This document shows, in pieces, positions 1 through 14,700 of a stretch of DNA of 64,000 nucleotides (position 1 is the first letter of the stretch; the number at the start of each line of letters is the position of its first letter). A program made the position numbers and the translations under genes. The DNA lies in contig OZ116709.1 of assembly GCA_964199315.1 (NCBI GenBank), forward strand, positions 11,904,001 through 11,968,000. Reading direction: 5' to 3'. The DNA comes from Orbicella franksi (Eukaryota). The notes beneath the pieces were generated by a model. It did not search any database and was not told where the DNA came from. It worked only from the letters and a program-made list of their open reading frames with translations.

Positions 1-3000
1 GTAAGTCAAAATATCAAGCTATAAATCAATTTTCTCTTAACCCAACAGGATAAAAGCTGTTCTCGGTGCTCTAGTTTTCATGTCCTAGGGTTTCTTTACT
101 TACGTCAAATAAAAATATCTAGTAGACCCTATTAAAACAGTCCCGGTCAAAGTCCCGGCCTTGATATTAAGAACTCAAACTTTTGCGATGAAGATGAATG
201 GTACTCAGATATGTGGAGATAAATCATTTTTCCTTTAGGAATTCGCTTTCCTTACCATCCTCTGAACTTCCGAAGGGTCTAGTTTTACCGCTAAAGCTCA
301 TTTCCGTTTTCCAAGTATCCGTATACAAGAGGAGTAACGCCGCGCTCTGCCGATTTTTTTTTTTCCTCTTTAGTGACCAAAGGGCATGTGGATGTTCTCA
401 GTCGGTGCTCTTAATGGAGAGTTTAAGTCACATCTAGTTCTCATATTCCTAAATAAACAAAATTAAAGTATTTAGAAAGGAAACCACCTCAGCCTCAGTT
501 GCTTTTCATGCGGATCCTTTATCCTGGTCGAATTGGAATTTGAAGATGTTGGGCTTTTTCTTTTTTTTCCTTCCTCTACAAGTTGTTATTTCAGACGCAT
601 TACAGTGGTTATCAGGTGGCCGTTAAGTTAGACCTCTAGCAGCGCCTCTTTTTATTGTGACGCGAAAACGGAAAGCGAGAGAGGAAAAAATATCAGCACA
701 ATCGCGCGCCCGCGTTATTTATTTTATTCTCGTGCTCTCTTTCGGGTCACACTCGAGGGACCAAGAAAAAGAGAGAGGCTTCTCACAGACTGCCGCAAAG
801 ATGCAGTGAAGCCGACGTTGTAGTTCGATTTCTCTGGCCAACGCAAAAAACTGTGTTAAGTTCGGTCGTGTACAAACACTTTCAATTCGATGAAAACACC
901 AAAATGAAAGGTTTTTGAATAAAGTTGAACAACATCAAAGAGGTCATGATCAAAAATGGACAAGGATGGACTATGTTTGGCAAGATCGAGAAAGATTGCT
1001 GACTTAAACTTGCAAATGATAACATTTTAGGTGCGCCAGCTCCTCCAGCTCAGTTGCAATGCGCTTGTTTTATAGTTTTGCGACCGTGCAGAAATCAAAG
1101 TTGGTGCATTTTCACCCTCTCAATTTAATATGGATCCCTGAGTACAGTGCAAGGAGAGCAGGGGCTGGTCAGAATCTCAGTTCATTCGAGAAATGAATTA
1201 TTTTGGTGAAATATATCTCGAGAAAGCCTGATCCTCCTCGAATTGTCAAATTTAATTGTGATGCAACTCTGGTGTTTTCCATTGAAAGTGATGTTTGCAC
1301 TATCGTAACCAAAATCAAGCATTGTTTTTGAGCAGGCTAGAATGTTTGAGTAAGAAGAAAATATTTTGAGAAAAAGCTAAAACAGCTCTTAAATTCGAGC
1401 ACCAAAAATGTTTTGCAAAGTTAGGATTCAGATAAGCCTGTGATGATGGAACAGTTCAAACTGATGTGTTAGCCTACACAAATCAGATTTTGGTCTTTGG
1501 CTGAGACTTTTCTCGTTAAGTGTTCCTGACATTTGTAAGCCCAGTGCTGTTACGTAACGAGGAACGTGTTCTAACGCTCCTCCGATCCTCAGAGTACTCA
1601 AGTGGATGGAACCCCGTAAATTTATCGTTATAAACTCCAGCGTGATCACCTGTGAACGTAATAAAACGGTGCTTTTTCGGCGTCTGAAAGGATCCGAAAA
1701 GTCTTTTGCTCCTTCTGAAGGACCCTCAAGTGATCATGTGGTGAGAAGGACAAACTAAGATCTGATTAATAGCATCGCGAGCGTGTGTGTCCTGATCCAT
1801 GCATGAGGGTTCTTAGGCATGCCACAAGCCTGCACTTCATACTAGAATTCACGTGTTTAAGCTCGAGAATTCAAGTGGTTGAGAGGGTTTACCTTAAAAC
1901 AACACAACATGATGGCTTTATTGCAACGCTTTCACTAATAATTTTAGAGCTGGAAAGCACTAAGCTGTATTGAAGAACATTATTATGTTTCACGGGAAAG
2001 GATAAGTTACAGACTCGTGATTTTCAGAAGCGCGTGTGAGTAAGAGAATTGTCCTTAGTGTGATGAATGAATTGAGTTTACATCATTGCCATGTTCTTTT
2101 GGCGACGTTTTCCCGTAAAAATATATTTCCCTGAGTATTCTATATATAGTAGAGTAGAATGACATCTAAGTTCTATACTGGATGTACATCACAATTGTCT
2201 TCAAAATAAAGAGAATACAGTTTCCAAAAAATTACCGGTAAACTTGATTTTACACGTTTGCTATACTCAACAATCCACCTTACTCCGTAATATCTCCACT
2301 GAATCCCCCGTACTTTTTTTGTAGTTATGTTCTTTCTTTCGCAAAAAAGAAACACTTTCTAGAGGTTCCATGCTGGCCGTGGAATCGCGAAAATACCCCT
2401 TCATGAATCTACAATACCCCTTTGAATAACCAAACATGCTTTTACAAGAATCCATGACCTTGATTCACTTGCTTATTTGGTATAAGTTGGTTCCTATCAA
2501 GGAATCATTTGGCATTGCTGAGGCTATTATTCTGTTTACAAATGCGTCAATCTATCTTTGTCACTTATGCCAAATGAAAAACGACAGAAGTTCCGCTCAA
2601 TGATTACGTGAAATTTAACATGAAAGACCGGCTTGGTAAAAACAAATTCTCTCCAAGAGATTCATACGAAGACCATTAAAAGTACGAATTAACAAAAGGG
2701 ACGATTTTGTGTCATGATGTTTTGGAACAAAGGGGATCAATTATAAGTACATACGTGCTGGACAATCCTATCGGTGTTAACTAAACATTCTACCAGTAGA
2801 ACTAGCTAACAAGCATAAGCAATGAACTGAGACGGAACACCACAACACTTGGACAAAAGAGACGTTAAAACGGTCTTACACTCTCCTTCTCATTTATTTG
2901 CTCAAAATCTAAAAAATATATCGTCAATTTTGTTCCTAATCATATCTAATCGCAGTTTTTTGTTACATTTCGACGGCATATCGGGGCTAACAAAACTCGT

Positions 3001-3199
3001 GTCCTATCAGCTTAATGACTTGATATAGCAGAACTCAACGACAGTTAACAAAGATTCTAACTGATGACTAACTACGAATTTGGGTCTAGTTATATCGAGA
3101 ATTATAACAAGTAGAAACACCTCTCAGTGACAGTGCTTCTCTGCAGTTGGCTTCATTTGATCTTGATTAGCCGCATACAAGGGTTTATTCACATATGCA

Positions 3200-3572
3200 T
3201 GGGTGTCCCTATATGATAGACTAAAGAGGAAGCTCCTAGCTTACGAACAGGGTACCTTGTTCATGCTGGAGGTGCATAAAAGGGCAAGGATTTCACGAGC
3301 TGTAGTATAGAAAAGGGTAGGGGAAACTGACGTTTAGGTAGTAAAACGTTCCTTTCAAAATATCTCGAACAAATACACCTAACGACTGAGTTAGCTATAA
3401 AGTACAGGGATATTTTCTATGGAAGGTATATAAAAAGGTTACCTTTTCTGTCAAAAGTAGTCTAGAGAAGGGTAAAGGTTTGGATCTCGGAGAGAAGTCT
3501 TACCGCATAAAGCTTTGTTTGTTTGTTTGTTTGTTTGTTTGTTTGTTTGTTTGTTTGTTTGTTTTTCCCTGC
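3200..3572 (+). mobile_element. Degraded MITE of the GGG-ended class carrying a (TTTG)n expansion
   Basis: Repeated AAAAGGGTA/TACCTTTT motifs as in the other GGG/CCC-ended MITEs; old and diverged. Confidence 0.45.
3513..3563. repeat. (TTTG)n microsatellite
   Basis: About 12 units visible. Confidence 0.95.
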
Positions 3573-5459
3573 GGTTTAAAACCTCCCTGCGCATGGAAAA
3601 GTATAGGAGATGCTTCGTATTTGAAATTATTTTTGGGCGCGAACGCCGCGACTAACGAAATTGGTTTGACTCTTGACTTGAGCAGTTTAGGGAAACACAA
3701 TTACTCCAGAACATGAAAGCCGGGGTAACAATGTCAACCTCGCCGTTTACTGAAACGAAACCTTTTAGATGCAAACCTATATACTGAGTTGTCACGGCGT
3801 CGAACGCACTCATAACCAGTCTTGGATTACTACTAGTTCTATAGTTCATATAGTATGTAGTAAACGCAAAGTTGAATTTCAAGGATAATATTTCCACTTT
3901 AGAGTTCACTAATAGGTCCTGGTGAATGCATTATAGACTGATTATACAACAATTAAAGTTTCCTTCTATAATTAGAATACTGTACCTGTAATTCCTGCTT
4001 AATTTGAGCGCCGACCACCAGTGAGCAAGCACTGTAATGATGTAGAAACTCACCAAGACGTTTGCCAGGAAATGAAGGCTCGTGTCTGACCAGCTAAGAT
4101 AAATGTTTCTACGAAATTCAGTAGAAAAAGGATTTCCGGTGAACCATTTACCAGTAGGAAAGTCGGGGGCACAGTATATTGCTTTAAATAACTTTAAAAA
4201 TAGACTTAAAGATAAACAGAAGTCATCAAGACGAACTTCCGTCAAGAGGATTGCTAACATAACTCAAACGAAAAGTATGTAGCAGTGAAGAAGGAAGATC
4301 GAGGAGAGAAATTATAAAAGAGAAATAATTATTATTGCCGTTCAACAATGTCAGGAATTACAGCCAACTACAGCCTGAAAAAAATGGTTTCACTTTTTAA
4401 ATAACATGTTCTTTAATTACATTTCTCCTGAAAAACAAGTTGGGTAAACACTTACAATGCAAACACTTCCTGAAGTTATATCAGTGCCTCAGGGGTCGGC
4501 TCCGTATAAACTCATTAAATAAAAACGAATTTCCGCAGAAAGGAAATGAAGGAAAGACACGAGACAGTTGAAACGACGTCGTAAACAACTAAAAAACAAG
4601 CCATACAGAAAACAAGTTTGTTTGCAGGCTTTTTTGAACGATAAGCCCAGCGCGTGTTTGTTAGGGAAAAGACAGACCACCCGGGCAAGAGAGAAACCAA
4701 ACACTGTTGGTAAGAGTCGTTCACTTCTGACAAAATTTCAACATTAAAAAGCCATAAACCATGGTTTTTTCTTTTTGATTGTCTATTTTTTTTCCTGGGA
4801 ACATTCTAATCTTACATTTTAAATTTCACAAGTCTCGATCGATCTAGGAAATGTTACGTAAATAAAGTAAGGACGCCATCTGGTAAAGCAGGATTGGAGT
4901 GTTATGGTTGAGTTTTAGGTTTCATAGAAACCTGTGATTTCTTTCGTATCGGTAAATTACAAGAAACCTTCCTGTTTTGCCCTCTCGCAGAAGACTCAAC
5001 AACTACTACCGTTATCTTTAGACCAGACTGGGAGCTTTTCTTATTGCGAAATCAAACTAGAATAGACAGGCTTTGTCCTATGAGTTTGAGCAGTGATTAT
5101 GCTGTGCAAGACATCATGCATGCATGTTATTCATTTGCCATTGTGAGTTGTTCAGCTTGTGCTGAATTTCACAAATTCAGATGCTGCGAAGGTCACTTGG
5201 TGCACGTCTAGGAGACAACGAATCATAACAAATAATAAAACGATGAGACAAAAAGAAATAAGCGCATCCTTGACTTCCTGATCTACATCATGTTGTTATA
5301 CGTTAATCAAACTGTTTAGTGACGCTGCTCTCGACTTACAGTGTATTTTCATTCCTGTCAGCCACCTTCAGCTGTTTTCGCTCGTTGTTAATAGTGAAGA
5401 ACTCCAATAATACCATATTACATCTAACGCTATTCTAGCACCGAAATGAAATAATTTAT

Positions 5460-6140
5460 ACCATACTCATGCAGTTCAACTGTATAGGCTTGCTATGCAT
5501 CGCCAACATTTCTTTGCTTCTATAACATAACTAGGACCCTCGACTAGACCAAACAGCACAAATTTATAGCAAGAACAAAATTATAACTGACAAACATTCG
5601 GCGCCAATGTCAGTAGAGTTTGGAGAGGTCTGGAGATTAAGGCAGTTCACAATAAGGAGGTCAGTCTTTTTCTGTCAGTAGCACTGGACCGCCGGATTGA
5701 TCTAAATAATGGTAATCAAGAGAGAAAATGATCGAGTGCCCCAGTAGAAGTAGTTTTGTTGTGCGGGTCTGAAATAAAACAAGTAAAATAAGCTTAACTG
5801 GGCTAATGACCTCAGTGGTCTTTGTTGTCATTCCTAGTTCATTTTCATTGATCGCTAGTCTACCGGACAGCCAACAGAGATTCAGGGGAAGACATGTTCG
5901 TGATGTCCAAGATGTGATAAATATCAAGAAAACTTTCTGAAACATGAACGTTATACCAACTGTTGTAGGCTCGCGCTGCGTATTGCTCAAGTTATTACTG
6001 TATAGAGAATGATTTCAGTCCCCTTTCTTGATTGTTCATTGTTCATCATTCATGGGAAGAATGCTTATCCCAGCTGACAAACTGCGGCTATCCTTAGAAT
6101 TCACGTTACTTCATGTTCCGATTTTTTTCCGCGCCCTTTA
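5460..6140 (+). pseudogene. Decayed class A GPCR relic
   Basis: Frame from 5660 reads VSLFLSVALDRRIDL (TM3/DRY-like); frame from 5797 reads TGLMTSVVFVVIPSSFSLIA...INIKKTF* (TM5-ICL3-like). Frameshifts and stops are present. Confidence 0.3.
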
Positions 6141-6801
6141 ATTGTTACAGATTTTACTAGCTTAAAGGAAGTGACTTGAAATCATGAAGTTTTTGTTTGT
6201 ATGATACGAACAAAAAGATCATGATTTCAAGATACGAACGCTCGAGGACATGACGGAGCTAATCGTTGATCATCAGTGTACTTCAATCTTCTTGGTAATT
6301 GGTGAAACGAAGAGAAAGTTTGAAATCATAGGACTAGTGGGCTGTGGGCCGTTAACGTACACAGACGTCTTCCATCTTGCTTCCAACGGGGAAGAACGTA
6401 AGGCATGTATAAAATGAAGGAATTAATGAAAAAATCCTAATCATTGCATAGCTTTGGTGTCTCAGAGTTTGTTTTCACCCTGCCGGACCATGCCAGCTGT
6501 TCCGTTCGTAAGGGTTTTGTTTGCCATTGGAGTCAGTCTTCACCACTGATGTTGAAAGTCAGTGGAATGGCCGCCATCTTAGATTAACTCAGTGGTCGTT
6601 TCTTAGCCGGAGAGCTTTTAGTGAACAGTTTGGATTTTTGATATCAAGAAATGCTAGCACGAGTACATAAGCTAGGGTAAATGGAAGGAATCTTGGAACA
6701 AACCGTATGCATTTTTATTTACTAACTGCAGGGTTATTTTAAAACACAGTGTCTAAATGAGAAAGAAGGAGGAAACAATTTGAGTCCTCGAGCTACAAGT
6801 A

Positions 6802-7136
6802 GGGGTGGCGAATGGTCCTTCAAATCCATGGGTCTCGTAAACGTTTCGTTAAGTTTCTTGGGTCTCGTAGTCTTGATTTTTTCCCAAAGCTGTTTCGGAG
6901 TCTCCAGTTCTTGCAAGCTAGGCTAAGAAAGTCTCGAACGGTCTTGAAGTAACCATTTGTTTGTTTGCGTTTATAAATGACGTCTTACTCGTCTTAGAAT
7001 ATGAACGTCTCGAGCTCGCATTTAAAACACGTTGAGGTCTCGGTCCCGCAGTTGAAAAAGTCAAAATACCTCGGGCTTACAAAGAAAAACGCTAGTCTCG
7101 TCTTCTTGCAAGTTGCATTTACCATTCACCAGCCCT
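6802..7136 (-). mobile_element. MITE family A copy (reverse orientation)
   Basis: Begins GGGGTGGCGAATGGTCCTTC and ends GCATTTACCATTCACCAGCCC; similar to 50280-50877. Confidence 0.75.
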
Positions 7137-10100
7137 TACGGTGCAATACGGAATTTGAAGCTTCAGCCAGAATCTTCGAATTATTATCAGTGCTAAAAAT
7201 GGCGAGGTGTTTAGGGACTGACACAATTTTTGCATCTCTTTCCAGCTCGTCACGATATTTTCTCTATTTTAATTATGTGGAATTGTAAGGATCTTGGAAC
7301 TCAGAGACTCGGTCGTGCATTCTGATGATGACAAGCGGAAAAGTTCTTGCAATGGACGTGTCAGTTTGTTTCGGCTCTGAAATGTTTTATTGACCCATGG
7401 AACGAAACTGGTTGAAATTCTAAACAATGCAATGTCTTTTACTCCTCAGACAGCTACATTATTTTAAAGAGGCACATCTGAACTAATTGAGCAGATTATC
7501 TTGGCCAACCTTAATCATATAATCCTCGGTGTCTAAAATTTTGTGCACCTGAATCAGTTCAGTCGCGCTTCATTTTGGACCTGCATGATGTCCACAGTAT
7601 GACGCAGGTCTGTTGAAGATATTCTCTCTGTTCTATGATAAACCTGTGATTTTGAAAATTAGCCAAATTTGGTGAAATTCCTTTACACCCTAACTTATAA
7701 CTGTGTGTTCTTTCAGCCGTACAAGTTCAAGGTATCAACTGATGGTTAATACCGAACTGCAAAACTGTAATGAAGAACTGTATCCAATCTATTTAATATG
7801 CTACTGATTTGAAGCTAAAAGGCTGGGATTTAGTTTGTTTGCCATTTATTCTTCAGTTATGCTAAGGCCCTCCATTTGCTAAATTAAACTGCCTAAATGG
7901 TTTCTTTCTCTATCGGATAGAAGACTAAAGTCTGTACACAGATTGTCATGTACTTTTGTCGGTGCTTTGTAAATTAAGGTCTTCGAAAAGCGAGGCCATA
8001 ATAATTTCATATATATCTCCTGTCAGTGCATTGTTCTAAATTTCCAAGGGGATTCTAAGGAGTTTGAAGTTACCTCGATGGAGCGATGTCAGTTCATTTC
8101 AGTCCATTATTTTTTAGTCAATAACTTTTAATTCAATTCTCAGGGACACGTTCACGAAGAGATAACTTGATCATGAATTTCGGCCTGCATGCCGTAAGGA
8201 ATTTTATGAATTTCATGAACTGCAAGTATTTATAATCTCTGAAATTCGTTTACTGTCCTTTGGATGCGATTAAGTTGTAATCTGAAAATACCTCAATAAT
8301 CCAGAATTACTCTATTATCCTTTTAGTACAGGAATTGTATTTCATTAAAGCGGTACAAATCATTCTGCGCTAGCGCTAGCGGAATCTTATGACTGACAAT
8401 TGTAAAATGAAGGGATGTATTCACTAACCTGAAATTGAGCGTCCTCAAAAGTTCTTGTCCTGAGTGCTGTTTATTTCAAAGATCATTTATATGATATTTA
8501 CATAAGGAAAACCGAGTTGGACTTTGGGAAAATGTAACTCAAGAAAAGGCTATTATTTGGGGCGGTATTACTGTTTAGATGTCTAGTTTTTGACCACGGC
8601 AGTTTCACTTTGGATTAAATTTGAATTCTTTGCTGCTGACTGTGAATGTGGACGTTTTCTGGTTCGTCTACGTCGCAAAATCTGCGGAACGGTTTTAGAG
8701 AAGCTTTTAAAGTAAATCGACAGAACGGCCTAGAGACCGTATAAAGCCTTCGGTCCGATTTATTCTAGTCATAGTAATACTGTCTATCTACACATGCATG
8801 CATTACCAGCCGGCATCGGTGCGGGCCAATAATGCGATACGAGTACATAGCCAAACTGATTGGTGGGGCATGGCGGCAGCACATTCTCTTGGTACTAAAT
8901 CTAACGGATTATCCGTTACAATAATTATTTGTCAAGCCCGCAGCTTGTGAGCTTTCAATAGGGCTGTACCCATTTTCAATAGGGCTGTACCCATTTGAAA
9001 GGTTCTGTTTTTTTCTGTGGGGCATTAGGGGTTATCAAGTAGTACTTATATAAAGTGTATAAAAATAGACTGATTGAATCTGTTTTTTTCCAGAAGCGGA
9101 CCATATGTTTTTTTCCTCTTTCTTTTTTATGTCTATTTTTTGGTACCGAATGGACAGTACGGGACGTGTTGTATAAGACAGCAGTGTTGCCCACTGCAGA
9201 CACTCAAAACGTACGGCTTACTGTTTTTTTTTTTTTTTTTTTGCTGTTTAGGAATTTCAGCTCTCTTTCAAAGGAGAAACCAGGACAATGCGAGATGAAT
9301 CTCTATTAAAACATCATTTAAGCCAAGATTTGCAACTTGGGAAAATCGAGTTTTTCCTAAGAAGATCTTAGAAGTCAATAAAGATGAAGAAAATGTAAAG
9401 CATTGCAAATTAGTATCCGCATGACTGTCATCCTAAACATTTGAAATATATAGTGTATCGCATCCCAGGTAGGAGAGTAAAACCTGAGTAATAAAAATAC
9501 ACGAGCTAAATTCAGGTATTGAAAGGGTGCATCTAATACCTTTGATATGTCATCGAAACTGTGAGATTCATTTCACAGATTTAACTTTTTGAAAGAACCT
9601 ACCGAAACATTTCCTAATGGAGCCTAACGGATATCCCGAGCTATCGATATCGTCTTGAAATGGAATTACAGTTATATCAGTTCAAGGGAATATTTTCCGC
9701 GCAGGAAGCGGCGAAAGGCTTGGCTCCGCTGAGCCGGATATTGAGCAAGCGTCACCATAATTTTTTCCTTGATAACAAGAATGCTTCCGTCTAGGAAGTC
9801 ACCAGTGAAGTGTCTAGTAAAAAGAGGATGAAATTACTGTTTACCTTAGTCTCATTTTTGAATAAAACCAATACAGTATAATATTTATTACACGTTGATA
9901 TCCAAAGTACTGAACATCTCAGTTTATTCTATTACTATTACCATTAAGAGTCTCAAGAGACTGTAGGACACGGTATTTTAGGTAATTCGGTTTATTTTCG
10001 TCAACTACCGATGAGTTCTAATTTTATAACTGTCTGAGAAGCAGCCGTTTATTGGCAAAATTTCGGGCACATATCAAAGGGTCATCTTCATAAACCTGAA

Positions 10101-11320
10101 AACGTCGGGCCGAAGTTTTTTTAAGGTCGACCCAAATGCAATCTGTGTTACTACTCTTCTTCAATTTTGCGCACCCATGCCAAGTTTTGGCGATTTTGTG
10201 TTTCATTCCCGATTGATCTTGACTGTCAGGGCCTATCAGTTTTTCTCTCCACCCTGCCTCTGCCTACTCCAGTCGCTGTCCTATATTTTTCTTTTTGTGT
10301 ATTTTTACAACCCGCATTTTAATCGCGTTTTAAAAACGATTTAAGACTAAATTTGCTGACTTATCTTACTGAAAAAACTAATAGTAGTAATGCTTCATAT
10401 AGACTAAAGTTTTGCTTCTTGCTGAAATTGGCCTGGTTACACTAATGTAGATACTTTAGCTTGCATGCAGCAACTCGACTTTTGCGATATAATAAAAATC
10501 CTATTTGCGAGAGATGCTAATTGAAGTTAACTGCCTTGCCAAAGAACACACCACCGATCAAAGACCCCGAAAATCTGAACATTTCACGTCATTTCGAGTA
10601 CACATGGAAATTTATAACAGTCGGTCATTCGAGTCTGGGACAGATGTTAGACAGACAGGACGCCTGTGTACAGACTGAACATACAAATTGACGGTTTCAC
10701 CAGTAATCTATACAGTAGCTTACTTAATCGTCTGTTTCAGTTTTATGACCCTGCAATTCTCTTTTTAAGGACTCTTCGATGTAACACAGTACATAGGGAC
10801 AATGCTGACAGACGACTACAGCAGCAGGGATTAGCTTCGTTATAATTATCTGGAGAATCAGCGCAGCCGGGAGATGTGATATTCCACTTTAAAGAAGCAA
10901 TTACAACGACCATATTTTCATACGTCTTCGTAATTAGCTTTCATCTAAGCTTCTCACACAAACAGTTTCAAATATGACGTATATTTATAGATTTGTTTTA
11001 GTATCAAAATGTACTGGAAGATACATATGTACGGAGGGGAGGAGAAGGGGAGGGGTTGGGGGAGGGTCGGGGTGGTTTGTAGGTTTTCAGTTTGAGTTTA
11101 GACCGGTTTAGAGTTTCAGATGAGTGTACGAATATCGTGTGACGTATGTGAACATAATTAAAAAGTTTAAACCGGAAATAATTAACATGTTTACCAGATA
11201 CAGTCACGTAAAAAAAAATGCGGCACTAAACTGAGATATTAACAAGCTGTTTACAGCCTCTCTCTTCCATAGGCGGCGCGGATGATTGAGTGATTCAATG
11301 AACACCAGACGAAACAAGCT

Positions 11321-11728
11321 CCGGGGAAGATACTCCCTTATATGGGCTATATATATAGGTATGTGTCACCCCAAAGGGTATGGTATTTTACCCGTCCTTG
11401 GCCTAAATTATGGGTCATCGGTTTTGGTCTGAAGTAGGATATGGTTTTTGCACTCTAGTCTTCAGTTGAGTATTTTATTTTAGAAGGAGCTACATTTTCA
11501 TCATTATCGATCAGCCCATCAACAAAAGTCCCTCACAACTAGGGAACTTGTTATCAGACAGGTTTGAAACAGGGTAAGAGTCAAGTCTCAATTAAAAAGA
11601 GTGTCGAATTTTTGGTCCGGTCATTAATAAGATAGGGAAAATCGCAGATTTGGTCTTAAATAGGGTAAGGGTTTTGGGAAGCGGGCTAAACACCCCCACC
11701 CAATTGTTTCTGGGATTCTCCTACCCCC
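11321..11728 (+). mobile_element. CCGGGG-ended MITE family B copy
   Basis: Starts CCGGGG..TACTCCCTTATATGGGCTATA and ends GGGAAGCGGGC..CACCCCCACCCAATT; an inverted relative lies at 17303-17482. Confidence 0.65.
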
Positions 11729-14700
11729 TTCCACTGCCCTTTCCCGGAAGACAAGCGCTTGCGATTCTGCCATCTGCGCAATAGCGAGGGGAAGAATTTT
11801 ATATTGAATTCTTGCATGTTTTCCTTGCTGACTTCCCGCTTTTTACTTGTTTTGTTTAGACCTACATGATTCTTCCAAGATCGTCTACGAGAAAACAGAG
11901 TAAATGCTCTTCTTTGTGTCCAAAGAGGGCTGTTTGTGTGTGTCGAGGGTTGAGCACTTTAGAAAAGAGCTTTTTGACCTTTTTGTCACGTTAAAGATTC
12001 TAGCCGTTTCTTGGGTCAACTCTAGCGTTACTAGTGATATCATCACGGTCAATCTAAAACAAGAGATGTCTGTGAGAACAAGAAAGCAAGTAAAAAAGTA
12101 ATTTAAAAAATGCTAATTAACGTATCACCTAACAATTAGTATGTCAATTGTTTGTTGTTTGTTTCTTTGTTTTTTTGTTTGTTTGTTTGGTCATCAATGG
12201 CAATACGTTTGACTATCAAAACGGCTCACTTTGGCTTATTAGTACTTTTCCCTGAAAGAGATATTAGACAGGTACAAAGAACTCATTGTCTTACTGCGTT
12301 TTTCTATAAAAGCTCCGTCTAAGTTATATTTCCGGAAATTCTATAGCTTTCTGAGGCAAATCCCACCAGACGTTTTAAGATCTTTGAAGTTTAATGATAG
12401 TAAACAGGATATTTATTTGCGCTATCAATGTTAATAGAACGTTTCTTGTTTCAGTCCTGAGTGCAGCTGAGGCTTAACCTCAGAAAAAAAGCCTGACTTT
12501 TATTAGTATCTTATATTTCAAAAACACAGCAATATTGAGGGTGCGATAAAGCTGTCTCCTTACATCAAACTTGCTATATATAGAGAACTGATAACAGTTT
12601 TTTTTTTTTTTTTTTATCTCCTTGGCCATTAATCTTCCTTTCTTCGATTATATCTTCATGAAAGATATTTTGCTCGCCACTATTGAGCGATTCCTGGATT
12701 TCTTCCAGAAAACAAGAAACCTATCTGTCTGCATTGTACAACCCATTAACTGAGTGATGATCAGAGTACATCTTTTTCTTATCTTTTTTGGATAGATTGG
12801 AACTTGCTTAAACAGGTTCAACTCAGGCAGTTCAGTGTCTTTGTAGGAGATATATATGTGTGTATATAAGTTTTCCGAGGGAAATAAAAACCCGTTGTGG
12901 ACATTGCAGTTTACCAAGGGATAATCCATCAATCCAAATACACGCTGATTAAAACCTAAAACGTGTCAACAATTGCAGCGCCAAGGAGAGAGATAAATTC
13001 CAGATTGGTGCATAAAGACGATTTTTCTACTTTTTCTCCAAGACTCAGAGAAACGCGAATCAAGCTAGAACCGGTGCTGCGATCGTTGCGATTTGGCTTT
13101 CGCTTTGGCTTTGGCTTGGGCAATATATACCTTTTCCCCGAGTTTCATCGGAAATTTCAGTAAGTAACGTTCTAAGAAGCAAGGGTTACTCCTTCCCAGC
13201 ATCTCGAGCAACTCTTGTCCCTTATTCGTGCTCTCCAAACCTTCTGCGTGCCTCATAACTCCGTAATCATGAGCTGGAAGCTTGAATCCATTGCTAAATA
13301 TATAGTTACTTTTCACTAATTACGCCGCGGACTCTGACACCAATATATGGAAAATTGAAATAGACATAGGCACTTCTGTAGTGCATCTACATATCTCTGT
13401 ATATCCCTCAAATCCGTTCAGTGAAATTCTATTTTAGAAATCTGTTGAATATCCCAAACTTAAAAGAAAACCAGGGATCAAATTCGTGAAAATCAGATCA
13501 TTTCATTTCATGATTGCGCGTGTACCAATGGAAAGCGTACACGTAAATGTGTAAAGTAACCATAGGACTGCTTACGTAACAAAACATCAACACAGACTAG
13601 TGGAAATTGTAAGTAAAAAGCGCGTCTTGACATAAATGAGAGACAATAAAGTGTGTTTGCCACTCGCTCGTTTGTAGCGTTAACTGACTGATTTGCCTGA
13701 GGTTAGGGGCTGCTTGCGCGATGACAAAGTAAAAGTAAAATAATCGCGGGGAGAGGCTGAGGACTGTGTACGACATTGTCTACGATACATTTATAGAATA
13801 TTGAAAACTTGAAAAGGCAACTTTCAGAGGCCAGTCAATAGTGTGCAAATTGCATTAAAAGCATCAATTAATAGCTTCAACTCGTTGATTCATTTTCTTT
13901 CTTCGGCTGGATGTCGGAGTAAAAGTCTTTATTTTCCAGTGACGACGCACGCAAGTCTAAACAAGCCTCTAAGTCCACTGGCGTGCGCGTGCAAGCCTAG
14001 CGCCTGACAGCTTTATTTAATCGGATTCTAGCAAGTAAGAGATTCTTTGCTCACACTTGAGTCTGGTTAAGACGCATTCAGTTCGCACAGAATTTAATTT
14101 CAGCGTAAGAAATAGGTCAGTAGAAATACTACACAATTTATGTCACCAGAGTGTTGCATTTCTCTCACGGAAAAAGGCAAGAGCATTTTTCGGCGAAACC
14201 AAAGCCATGCTGTCGGACTCCTTTAAAAAGATTACTTTAATCGAATCTAACTAGCCGGTAATGTGTTTTTATAACGTTTACCAGTCTCAAAATTGAATAG
14301 AATTTGCGGCACATTCCAATTTATTAAGCCGATGTCAATAAAAGTTGTTAAGTAGGCTTATAATTCGAGAAAGCGGATTCATAACCGGGAAAATAACACG
14401 ATTAGTGTTTTATGACGATAAAAAACTATACCGGTGGTATCGGTTTTTGCCGGCAGAAGAAAAAATCTCTTTTGCCGTCAGAGTGTCGCGTATTTTAATT
14501 TGACTTCGCGGTGCTAACACTGGTCTTTATGTCTTGCTTAATCCCCCTGTGGTAGTCTTGCTAAAGATTTCAATTATCCTACAGAGTCCAAAGTTAGCGC
14601 TAAAAGCTACACCCGACTACCTCACTGTATGAAATGCGACGAAAATTAAGGCGTAGTGCCTGCTTATTCTAGGTTTTTAGGTGTGTGTGGGTGTGCCTTT

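Noticed and set aside
1-3100. Short ORFs and possible coding relics at the window start
   Set aside because: No recognisable motifs or joinable exons in any frame.
3480-3716. ORFs with CLFV / KQTN repeats
   Set aside because: Translation of the (TTTG)n microsatellite.
8955-9000. Short direct duplication of TTCAATAGGGCTGTACCCATT
   Set aside because: Simple local tandem duplication with no associated structure I could define.
13065-13316. 83-aa ORF faintly resembling a death-effector-domain helix (QELLEMLGRSNPCFLE)
   Set aside because: Too short and weak; no splice partners found, and it ends in a simple AK repeat.
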